Source: Xylella taiwanensis (lineage in GTDB: Bacteria > Pseudomonadota > Gammaproteobacteria > Xanthomonadales > Xanthomonadaceae). From it: a stretch of DNA of 32,000 nt. Location: the NCBI RefSeq assembly GCF_013177435.1, contig NZ_CP053627.1, positions 330,001 through 362,000 of the forward strand, in the 5' to 3' direction. The notes beneath the pieces were generated by a model that saw only the letters and a program-made list of their open reading frames with translations, was not told where the DNA came from and ran no database searches. This document shows, one piece after another, positions 19,271 through 27,159 of the stretch (position 1 is its first letter; every line of letters starts with the position of its first letter). The position numbers and the translations under genes were made by a program.

Positions 19271-19660
19271 TCAAGCGTATTCGGATAGGTGGGTTGCTGC
19301 TTCTGCCGGTTGTGAGGTGGATGCGTGTGCGGTTGCGGCGCTTTTGCTGGTTCTGGGCTTGCCCTGTTCAGAGTCATTCTCTGCGTATGTAGTCGCGAAA
19401 AATGCCGATATGGCACCGAGCATCTGTATCAAATGCTGAGCACCACTGAATTTGCCAGCGAGCGTTTTTAAAGTGATGTGTGGTTCTATGTGTCCGGTCA
19501 TGAATCCCAATCCCAGCCCGGCAATCACGATTCGCAGCGGTGTCCAACTGGTGCGCCAAGTGTATTGGAGTTCTCGCCAATGGTGGCTGGTTTGTGTGCT
19601 GCGTTGCTCCACTAAGCGTTCCGCCCGTTCCACACGGCGGCATAATGCATGGAAGTTCAT
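19271..19660 (-). CDS. Hypothetical membrane protein in the YqjK position of a yqjD-yqjE-yqjK-type cluster
   Basis: The ATG at 19658-19660 overlaps the upstream stop as ATGA. There is one central TM segment (PLRIVIAGLGLGFMTG). The long 229-aa ORF version overlaps the upstream gene by 300 nt and is rejected. Confidence 0.5.
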   Translation of the reverse strand: MNFHALCRRVERAERLVEQRSTQTSHHWRELQYTWRTSWTPLRIVIAGLGLGFMTGHIEPHITLKTLAGKFSGAQHLIQMLGAISAFFATTYAENDSEQGKPRTSKSAATAHASTSQPAEAATHLSEYA

Positions 19661-20136
19661 GAGCGATCCCTCTCTGCTGTGAGGTTGGTGCCATCGTCGG
19701 TTCCGTCCAGCAAGGCGAGGCGGAGCAGTTGGCGTCGTGTGGCGTGTAATCCAGTGTGGCGCAAATAGTGCAGCATTCGCCAAACTGCCAACCCAGTCAT
19801 TATCAGATTGCCGAGTGTAGTCAGTGTGAGTGATTCGAGCCATGACAGTCCAAGGCGCTCCAGGAGTGCGATGGTCATGTACGTCAGCAGCAACCAACTG
19901 GACACGCCAAGCACGATGATCATGCAGGCCCAGGTCAGAGCGTGACTGAGTGCGCTCCACGCCATCTTTAGATCTGAGAGTAAAAGAAGATGCAGGGCCC
20001 GAACGGTCGCCTTGGCTGAAGCAAGGGTAGCGCGTCCTGCCCCAGTCACGGCTTCCACACTGTCTTGGATGCCAGGGGCATCCACGTCAGCCGTGGTGTT
20101 CTGGGACACGCGGTCGACTGCATCCTGATTGTTCAC
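19657..20136 (-). CDS. YqjE-like / phage-holin-family (DUF1469) membrane protein
   Basis: Two adjacent TM helices (ALTWACMIIVLGVSSWLLLTYMTIAL, LTLTTLGNLIMTGLAVW) follow an amphipathic N-terminal region. A GTG start lies 5 nt after the upstream stop. Confidence 0.6.
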   Translation of the reverse strand: MNNQDAVDRVSQNTTADVDAPGIQDSVEAVTGAGRATLASAKATVRALHLLLLSDLKMAWSALSHALTWACMIIVLGVSSWLLLTYMTIALLERLGLSWLESLTLTTLGNLIMTGLAVWRMLHYLRHTGLHATRRQLLRLALLDGTDDGTNLTAERDRS

Positions 20137-20141
20137 GTGGC

Positions 20142-20504
20142 TTACTTGTCGTTACTGCGCGTGAGCTTAGCAATGATCCAGCCGGCGGCCAAAGCAACGC
20201 CGAACGAGGTGAGCGGTCGCTCGCGGATCAACTCGGCAGCGCTGTCAATCAAGTCACGACCCTTGTCCATCAGGGCGTCGACCTGTTCTTTAGCTGCAGC
20301 GCTGCCAAATTCGGCAGCGGCCAGCCCGGCTTGCGCACCGTCGGATAGTTCGGCTTTGACATTGGTCCGGCCCAGTTTAAGTTCCTCGCTGGCGGCACCC
20401 GCTGCGCCCTTCACCGCTTCACTGGCGGCAACTGCGGCAGATTTCAGACGTGCCCCCGCTTGGTTCAGGTTTTCCTTCAGGTGCTCGGTGTTGGTAGGAC
20501 TCAT
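20142..20504 (-). CDS. DUF883 (ElaB/YqjD) family C-tail-anchored membrane protein
   Basis: The start is at MSPTNTEHLKENL (ATG 20502-20504), with AGGAG 8 nt upstream. An Ala/Glu/Lys-rich coiled region is followed by the family-typical tail RERPLTSFGVALAAGWIIAKL. Confidence 0.75.
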   Translation of the reverse strand: MSPTNTEHLKENLNQAGARLKSAAVAASEAVKGAAGAASEELKLGRTNVKAELSDGAQAGLAAAEFGSAAAKEQVDALMDKGRDLIDSAAELIRERPLTSFGVALAAGWIIAKLTRSNDK

Positions 20505-20603
20505 GATAGATCTCCTTCGTTGAGCATAGCGGGCCGGTGACACGCTACCGGCACCGTTCGATGAATAGCACTGTAAGTCGTGCATCAAGATTCGATGTCA
20601 ACG

Positions 20604-20750
20604 CTAGTAAACGCGTGCCAGTGCATCATACTGCGTGTTTCCTCACAGTACACGCAATATCAGAGCCTTTGGTAGGTGAGGAAAGCTGGTGGCCAGTCGG
20701 TTAGACCAGAGAATCCTCTGACTGATGTACCGGCGACGATAGTTGCCTAC
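20604..20750 (-). pseudogene. Diverged duplicate of the last ~40 codons of the adjacent htrA gene (non-functional fragment)
   Basis: The gene-sense translation is ...RILWSNRLATSFPHLPKALILRVL*GNTQYDALARVY*. The intact gene end reads ...SDLASWRASFSRPPQRLILRVLRGNNQYDALMR*. Hand alignment gives roughly 70-75% nucleotide identity over about 125 nt, with one 1-nt indel. The fragment contains an in-frame TGA. Confidence 0.7.
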
Positions 20751-20814
20751 AGCGCATCAGCGCATCAGCGCATCAGCGCATCAGCGCATCAGCGCATCAG
20801 CGCATCAGCGCATC
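20751..20814. repeat. Perfect tandem octanucleotide microsatellite, (AGCGCATC)x8
   Basis: Eight uninterrupted head-to-tail copies were counted directly (64 nt). The unit reads GATGCGCT in the htrA sense. The 3' end of the htrA CDS, including its stop codon, lies inside the array. Confidence 0.97.
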
Positions 20815-22242
20815 ATACTGATTGTTTCCACGCAGCACACGCAGTATCAGACGTTGAGGTGGGCGAGAAAAGCTTGCCCGCCAGCTGGCTAGGTCAGAGA
20901 ATCCACCGATCGAGGCATCAACGATGACGTCGCCGGCTGCCAACCCATTGGCTGCAGCGCGGCTACCAGGTTTGACTTTGTTGACCATCACTCCGCCGAT
21001 TCCGGATTGACGGAGTGATTCTGGCAGGTCGATGAAGATAGCGCCGGCGAGTCGTGAATCCAGTGTTTCTCCAGCGACTGCGCGTGGCAATTCTTTGAGT
21101 GTGACACGTAGCTTGAGTGGCTTGCCACCACGGCGTATCTCCAGTGTCACTGCGCTGCCGACCGGCTGCAGTCCTTCGTAGTTGTGCAAAGTTTCGGCGT
21201 TGTCCACCCGTTGGTCATTGGCCGCCACGATCATATCGCCTGGTTGCAGCCCGGCTGCGGCACCAGCAGAGTTAGGTAACACGCGTGTCACCAATGCACC
21301 TTGTGGATGACTCAGACCTAAGCTTTGTGCCATTCGTGCATCAATGTTCTGTGTTTGCACGCCGATCGTCCCACGCACTACAACGCCTTTCGTCACCAAT
21401 TGCTCGACGACGTTGCGTGCTAGATTCGAAGGAATCGCAAGGCCTAAGCCGATGTTACCGGCCATGCTGCCCTGCGGATTGAAACTGGCTGTGTTGATGC
21501 CAACCAACTGGCCATGAAGGTTCACCAACGCGCCGCCGGAGTTACCTGGGTTGATCGATGCGTCGGTCTGGATGAAGTTTTGGTAGCCGAGGCCGAGGAT
21601 GCCACTGCGGCCTACTGCTGAGACGATGCCTGAGGTCACCGTCTGGGTAAAGCCGAATGGATTACCGATGGCTACCACGAAGTCGCCGACGCGTAACTTG
21701 TTGCTATCGGCTAATTTGATTTCGGTCAGTTTGTTGGCCCTGATCCGGATCAGAGCGATGTCGGTGTCTGCGTCAGAACCGAGGAACTCGGCTTTGAAAC
21801 TGCGTCCGTCCGCTAATGTCACCTGCACCGCGTCGGCATTTTCGATCACGTGGTGATTGGTGAGTACGTAGCCATTCCGAGCGTCGATGATCACCCCTGA
21901 TCCGAGCGACTCATTGATGCGTTCCTGTGGGATCTCTGGGAACAGCCGGCGTAGAATCGGATCGTCGAAGAATGAATTGCGTACCCGTACCACTTGCTTG
22001 CTGTTGATGCTGACGACCGCTGGCATCACTTGCTGCAGCATCGGTGCCAACGACGGCAGCGGCTGGTTGGCAACGGTGGTTTGAGGCACAGTGGCTGCTT
22101 GCGAGGATGATATTGGTGATATGCCATTGGCATTGGATGCCGCTTCGGCGCGGTTGTCCAGCCAGGCGTTGATCCCAGTGGCGGCAAAGCCACCAAATGC
22201 GGCAGCGAGAGAGAGCGTCAGTAAAGTGGGCAGCGGTCGCAT
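20797..22242 (-). CDS. htrA: Do-family periplasmic serine endopeptidase (DegP/HtrA/MucD type, two PDZ domains)
   Basis: The catalytic triad contexts are TNHHVIENAD (His), DTDIALIRI (Asp) and GNSGGALVN (Ser). Two PDZ-like regions follow. The signal peptide MRPLPTLLTLSLAAAFGGFAA starts from the ATG at 22242. An in-frame GTG at 22266 is the alternative start. Confidence 0.9.
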   Translation of the reverse strand: MRPLPTLLTLSLAAAFGGFAATGINAWLDNRAEAASNANGISPISSSQAATVPQTTVANQPLPSLAPMLQQVMPAVVSINSKQVVRVRNSFFDDPILRRLFPEIPQERINESLGSGVIIDARNGYVLTNHHVIENADAVQVTLADGRSFKAEFLGSDADTDIALIRIRANKLTEIKLADSNKLRVGDFVVAIGNPFGFTQTVTSGIVSAVGRSGILGLGYQNFIQTDASINPGNSGGALVNLHGQLVGINTASFNPQGSMAGNIGLGLAIPSNLARNVVEQLVTKGVVVRGTIGVQTQNIDARMAQSLGLSHPQGALVTRVLPNSAGAAAGLQPGDMIVAANDQRVDNAETLHNYEGLQPVGSAVTLEIRRGGKPLKLRVTLKELPRAVAGETLDSRLAGAIFIDLPESLRQSGIGGVMVNKVKPGSRAAANGLAAGDVIVDASIGGFSDLASWRASFSRPPQRLILRVLRGNNQYDALMR

Positions 22243-22277
22243 TTTGAGCTTTTCAAGCGTGGTCACAGCGAAGGTGC

Positions 22278-22304
22278 AATAGGGGCACTTTCGGATAAAT
22301 CAAG
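22278..22304 (-). promoter_or_regulatory. Candidate sigma32 (RpoH)-type heat-shock promoter for htrA
   Basis: The minus strand reads CTTGAT-N13-CCCCTATT, against the E. coli sigma32 consensus CTTGAA-N13-17-CCCCATNT. The -10 element ends 35 nt before the ATG at 22242. Confidence 0.35.
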
Positions 22305-23072
22305 CTAGAAGAGAGTGTCGCCGCTATCTTTAACTCATAGTGAAAGCGTTTTTAGTGTTGTTGTCTGGTGAGTGACTCTGCATGGATGGGATAAGTGTGG
22401 GTATCGCTTCGCCGACCTCAGTGCTATCGCGTTTTATAGCTTAGGTGTAGCTAGGTGATGTGTCGTTACCTAATCTACAAGATACGTGACCCTGTCTCAG
22501 GATGCCGTGTGCCACATTGAGTGTTCTCTGTGGTGTTCGTGGCGATCATCTGACATTCCTGTGTTTTCGTGTTATTCCTCCACGTCCTATGCATCAGCTC
22601 TAACCGTGGAGCCGACGTAGTTTTTACATGGGGCATTTTGCATTACTGTCAGCTTAAGTTGAGAAGCCAGTTGCGGACTTCGCAAAGCAAGGCAGTATTC
22701 GTGTTAAGAGGGCGTTTTTTTGTGTGGTGAAGAGTGTTGCCAAAATCGAGGTCAGGGTGCTAACCCCCAAGCCGGTTAAGTCCGCGCGTCGCAAAGTCAC
22801 TGGGTAAGTGGAGAAGACATTGAAGAAAGCAGCCACGTTTGCTCAAAATGTCCAGGTTGAAGTGACGGTCATTGCTCCCCAGGAAACCAGCAAAGAGACA
22901 GCCGGCCAAGCGGGTTGTGAAGTAAGGTGGCAGTGAAGAAAGCTTCGGGGAATCAGTCACTGGTTAAGGGGGGGCTGCCGTCGGGCTCGCGGTCCCAAAG
23001 AAGTAAAAATAACTCGATAGATTTTCCTTCTTCAGGATGGCAGAGGTGTCCTGTTATCGACGGGTTGCAGCG

Positions 23073-23969
23073 TTAATCTTTTCGCAAGATCGAGGTCAAG
23101 GTCGCGTTGATGTCTGTGTGCTTGAAACGATAGCCTCCTTCCAGTGCCCTCCCCGGTTTGACCCGTTGGCTGAGTAGGAGAACATCTGCTATCTCGCCGA
23201 AGCACAGGCGCAGCGCCAGAGGGGGTAACGTGAGCAGCGTTGGACGGTGCAAGGCTGCGCCGAGTGCCCGGACGAAGGTGGCATTGATGACAGGATGTGG
23301 TGCGGTGACATTGTAAGCACCAGGCTGGCCGTGCTCAATGAGCCAAGCGATCATGTTGATGACGTCTTCGCGATGGACCCAACTCATCCAATGTTGCCCG
23401 TTGCCAAAGCGTCCGCCAGCGCCGAGCCGGAAGGCCGGCAGCATGTGGCCCAATGCACCGCCGTCGCGCTCAAGTACGATGCCCATCCGTATCAGATTTA
23501 CCTGCAGACCCAGAGCACTGATCCGTAGTGCCTCGTTTTCCCAGTCGTAGCATAGTTGTGCAGCGAAATCGTTTCCGGGTGGTGCAGATTCTTTCAGAGG
23601 AGTATCGCCTGATTCGCCGTAGTAGCCGATGGCCGAAGCGGAGATCAGCTGGCGCGGACGTTGTGCAACTGGAAGAGTGGCAATCCAGTCATGCAATCGG
23701 CGTGTGGTTTGGAGCCGCGACGCGCGGATCTCTTCCTTGATTTGTTTGTTCCAGCGTCCTTCTAACAAGGATTTTCCAGCCAGATTGATCACCACATCGA
23801 TTGGTGTGACAACTTTCTCAAGATTGTTTACAAGCTCTACTTGAGGCAAGCGTGCAATATGTCGGGCGGGATCCCGACTCAGCACGGTAACCTGATGACC
23901 GGTCCCGGTGAACATGGTGCACAGCGGTGTGCCTATGAAACCAGTACCACCAGTGATGAGCAGATGCAT
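23073..23969 (-). CDS. TIGR01777 (YfcH-like) NAD-dependent epimerase/dehydratase family protein with DUF1731 C-terminus
   Basis: MHLLITGGTGFIGTPL is a Rossmann motif. The protein is 298 aa, and the internal SASAIGYYG and SWVHREDV blocks are typical of this family. Confidence 0.85.
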   Translation of the reverse strand: MHLLITGGTGFIGTPLCTMFTGTGHQVTVLSRDPARHIARLPQVELVNNLEKVVTPIDVVINLAGKSLLEGRWNKQIKEEIRASRLQTTRRLHDWIATLPVAQRPRQLISASAIGYYGESGDTPLKESAPPGNDFAAQLCYDWENEALRISALGLQVNLIRMGIVLERDGGALGHMLPAFRLGAGGRFGNGQHWMSWVHREDVINMIAWLIEHGQPGAYNVTAPHPVINATFVRALGAALHRPTLLTLPPLALRLCFGEIADVLLLSQRVKPGRALEGGYRFKHTDINATLTSILRKD

Positions 23970-25259
23970 AAACGAGAGTTTGTTCGGCAGAGAACCACAG
24001 TATGAGCCGGGGTGATGCAGGATTTAAAGTGCCTATCCGTGGCGGCGGTGCCGCAGTGTTACTTCGAGTGCGTCGATGTTTGCCGATTCTTGGATAGATA
24101 TGGTGCTTCGGCACACCAGACGCGGAGTAATGCGTAGGTTGTTGCGCTCGCGATAGCATCTAAGGTCAACGAAGTATCCAATGCATAGGTGCAGAGCCAT
24201 GCATGCTGACTAGGCGTGTTACTGCTAAGTGAGTTGCCAATTTGACCACGCATGATTTGCTATGTGCCAATCATATAGATGGTGGGTAATAGGCGGCATA
24301 AGTTTTTTAGCCGTTGCGACTTTTGCTTGTGTTATTTAGGTCGGTGGGTTTCACGCAAGGTCTCTGTCGACTTGATCAAATGGAGTTGGTCCATGTTTTA
24401 TGTTGCCCCAACGCGTGGGTGCCCAACGGCGTGTATTCGCTGTGTTTACCTGGAGCGACTTGGCAAAGTTCCGCATGCAGATGATATCTGCCCGCGATAC
24501 CTATGAGGGCAAACGTGGACTCAGTGTTTTTGTATCATGCGCTTGCATTTGAGGAGATTTTTTTCGGTTTTCCTGAGGGTTTACTGGAATGCAACGTACC
24601 CATGTTCAAGGAAAAGCAGCTTTTATCATCGTCTCAATGAAGCAGATGTGCTGGATACGTTTGATCTTGTCGTTAATAGCGTCAATCAAGATGCTTTTCT
24701 TATTGCCAGTGTGAGTAGATCAAGATCCCATAAAGATCAGGTTCTGGTCAGTAGATGAAAACCTCATTCAGTGGTTCAAGACGATCGTCGAGTACATGCT
24801 GTTTTCAGTCTCCAATAGCCGTGATGGTAATTCTGCATGTTGGTAAAACTTCTAGGGTGTGATTCCCTTACAGATTTCAAGATCACAATGTAGCTGATGG
24901 GCTTGGTTTGGATGCGTCGAATAGATCATTCGCTGCAATAGCTCCACGGCAACGTCGGCCTGCATCCTTTACGCTTTGAGGATCAGCGGCTATTCCAAAC
25001 CGTCTTACTTGATTTGCTATGCAGTGGGCCATGTGCGATGAGAACGGATCGTGCTTTCCTGTGCGACAAGTCAGGCCGAAGAGCCAAGTCGAACCGGGTT
25101 GCTCACCGTTATGTTGTCAACTCAGTATTGTCAGCGTTGTACTCAGGCGCTTCGTTAGAAAAGTCCGAAATGGCGCTATGACGATTTCTTAGACAGAAGG
25201 CGTGTCCAGCAATGTTCGATTTCTTGGGTCACTGCTAGCGCATTGGATAAATGAGGTCC

Positions 25260-25313
25260 AAAAGTGCTGATCAGGTATCAGGACGATCCATGGAGAGATG
25301 GTGTGCACTTTTT
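25260..25313 (-). terminator. Candidate compound stem-loop downstream of fadD/rpfB
   Basis: The outer arms AAAAGTGC (25260-25267) and GCACTTTT (25305-25312) enclose two small internal hairpins (CTGAT..ATCAG, CCAT..ATGG). T-runs flank the structure on both strands, and it begins 12 nt past the stop codon. Confidence 0.3.
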
Positions 25314-25324
25314 AAGTTGTGTTG

Positions 25325-27010
25325 CTATGTGGTTGATGTTGGGGCTGCGTGCCGCAGTTCGTGCCGGAGAATCTTGCCGACATCGGTTTTGGGCAGTTTG
25401 GTGCGGAACTCGATGATGCGTGGCAACTTGTATCTGGTCAGGTTGGCAGAGGCATGCGCCTTCACTTCCTCAGCGGTCAGCATTGGATCCTTTTTAACAA
25501 TCACCACCTTAACGACTTCTCCATACTTCTCGTCAGGCACTCCAAACGCAGCGACTTCATCGACACCTGGCATCATCGCGATCACTTCCTCGATTTCGTT
25601 CGGATAAACGTTGAAGCCTGATACAAGAATTATTTCTTTCTTGCGGTCGATGATGTAGAAGAATCCTTGTTCATCCATTTTGGCGATGTCCCCAGTATGC
25701 AGCCAGCCGTCTGCATCGAACACGTTTGAGGTTTCTTCTGGATGTTGCCAGTAGCCTTTCATCACTTGCGGACCTTTGATGCATAGCTCACCGATCTCAC
25801 CTGTAGGTAATGGGGTGTCGGTATCATCCTTAATGCAGACATCGGTACTGGGAATTGGCAGACCGATTGAACCGTTATATTCCTTCAGATCCAGCGGATT
25901 GATGCATACGCCTGGTGAGGCCTCGGTGAGACCGTAAGCTTCAATCAGGGGAACATGAGTGACTTGCTTCCAGCGTTCGGCGACTGAGCGTTGCACTGCC
26001 ATGCCGCCACCCAGAGCGATTTTCAAAGAAGAGAAATCAATTTCGGCAACTCCTGGTGTGTTAAGGAGTTTGTTGAATAGTGTGTTCACTCCGGTGATGG
26101 CAGTGAAGCGGACGCGTTTCAGCTCCTTGACGAATCCTGGTATATCACGTGGATTGGTGATCAGATGGTTGCAACCGCCGATCTTCATAAACAGCAGATT
26201 GTTCGCAGTCAGCGCGAAGATGTGATACAGCGGCAGTGCGGTGATGACCGTTTCGCAGCTCTCTTTGAGATTGTTGTTGAGCCAATGAGACGTCTGCTGC
26301 ATATTCGCGACCATATTTCGGTGGGTCAGCATCGCGCCCTTGGCCGTACCAGTCGTGCCGCCGGTGTATTGTAGAAAGGCTAAGTCGTCGCTAGCGATGT
26401 GGATTGGAGGCATAGCATGCTTGCCTCCCCGTGCGAGTGCTTCACGGAAGCGGATTGAGCCAGGGAGTCGATATTCTGGCACCAATTTTTTGATGTGCTT
26501 GACGGCAAAATTGACCAATGACCTCTTGGGAAAGCCAAGCAGGTCGCCCAATCCAGTCGTGATGACTTGCTTGACGGAGGTGTCGGCGATGATGTGTTGC
26601 ACAGTCGTACAGAAATTGTCGATGACTACCAGCACACTGGCGCCTGCGTCGACTAATTGGTGCTTGAGTTCGCGTGCGGTGTAGAGAGGGTTGACGTTGA
26701 CAACAGTTAGCCCTGCGCGTAAGGCGCCGAAGGTCGCCACCGGGTATTGCAAACAGTTGAGCATCATCAGCGCGATTCGCTCGCCTTTTTTGAGCTTTAG
26801 CTCATTGAGCAAGTAGCTGGCGAATTGTTTTGTCAATAGATCGATTTCGCCGTAAGTGAGTGTCTTTCCGAAGTTGGTATAGGCGGGACAATCACGATAC
26901 TTGATAACCGATGTGTTAAAGACATCAACGATGGTACGGAAAGCGTCAGCATCAATCTCTGTTGGAATGCCCGATGGATAGTGTTGTAACCAAGGACGTG
27001 TTTGACTCAT
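25325..27010 (-). CDS. fadD: Long-chain fatty acid-CoA ligase (FadD; the RpfB-type enzyme of xanthomonads)
   Basis: The N-terminus RPWLQHYPSGIPTEID, the AMP-binding motif YTGGTTGTAKGA, GWLHTGDIAKMDEQGFFYIIDRKKE and the fatty-acyl signature region are all present. GGAGG lies 5 nt upstream of the ATG. Confidence 0.9.
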   Translation of the reverse strand: MSQTRPWLQHYPSGIPTEIDADAFRTIVDVFNTSVIKYRDCPAYTNFGKTLTYGEIDLLTKQFASYLLNELKLKKGERIALMMLNCLQYPVATFGALRAGLTVVNVNPLYTARELKHQLVDAGASVLVVIDNFCTTVQHIIADTSVKQVITTGLGDLLGFPKRSLVNFAVKHIKKLVPEYRLPGSIRFREALARGGKHAMPPIHIASDDLAFLQYTGGTTGTAKGAMLTHRNMVANMQQTSHWLNNNLKESCETVITALPLYHIFALTANNLLFMKIGGCNHLITNPRDIPGFVKELKRVRFTAITGVNTLFNKLLNTPGVAEIDFSSLKIALGGGMAVQRSVAERWKQVTHVPLIEAYGLTEASPGVCINPLDLKEYNGSIGLPIPSTDVCIKDDTDTPLPTGEIGELCIKGPQVMKGYWQHPEETSNVFDADGWLHTGDIAKMDEQGFFYIIDRKKEIILVSGFNVYPNEIEEVIAMMPGVDEVAAFGVPDEKYGEVVKVVIVKKDPMLTAEEVKAHASANLTRYKLPRIIEFRTKLPKTDVGKILRHELRHAAPTSTT

Positions 27011-27159
27011 TGATCCTCCAGAGAATCCTTAATGTCTGTTTGCACCATTGTGAGTGCGAGTGCTGATGGCGGCGGCAGGATACCTTTTTGTATTAATAAA
27101 AGTGAAGGGTATTGGATGTGTCATCCCAATCGTGATTGTGGTAGCGAGGTGTTGGTTGA

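Noticed and set aside
19271-19960. 229-aa ORF overlapping the YqjE-like gene by 300 nt
   Set aside because: The N-terminal 100 codons are out-of-frame overlap with a better-supported gene. The internal ATG at 19660 forms an ATGA coupling junction.
20685-20692. Exact E. coli Chi octamer GCTGGTGG
   Set aside because: It is a single occurrence in G+T-rich DNA. Chi sequences are lineage-specific and this one is not known to function here.
20676-20927. 83-aa plus-strand ORF with a repeated SAHQRI peptide
   Set aside because: It is simply the octamer repeat read on the stop-free strand and antisense to the htrA 3' end. It has no start context and no coding signal.
22650-23000. Possible SRP RNA, tmRNA or RNase P RNA (GAAGAAAGCAGCC resembles the SRP GGAAGCAGCC core; GGGGGGCTG resembles a tmRNA 5' end)
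   Set aside because: The surrounding helices and conserved boxes are absent. Missing are the SRP symmetric-loop context, the tmRNA T-arm and CCA end, and the RNase P GGAAAGUCCGGGC box. The tract is kept only as an unexplained repeat-word region.
24254-25324. Looked for a frameshifted rpfF (enoyl-CoA hydratase-like) remnant on the minus strand
   Set aside because: There are no minus-strand ORFs of 60 aa or more, and I could see no crotonase-like peptide blocks by eye. This needs a TBLASTN search to exclude properly.
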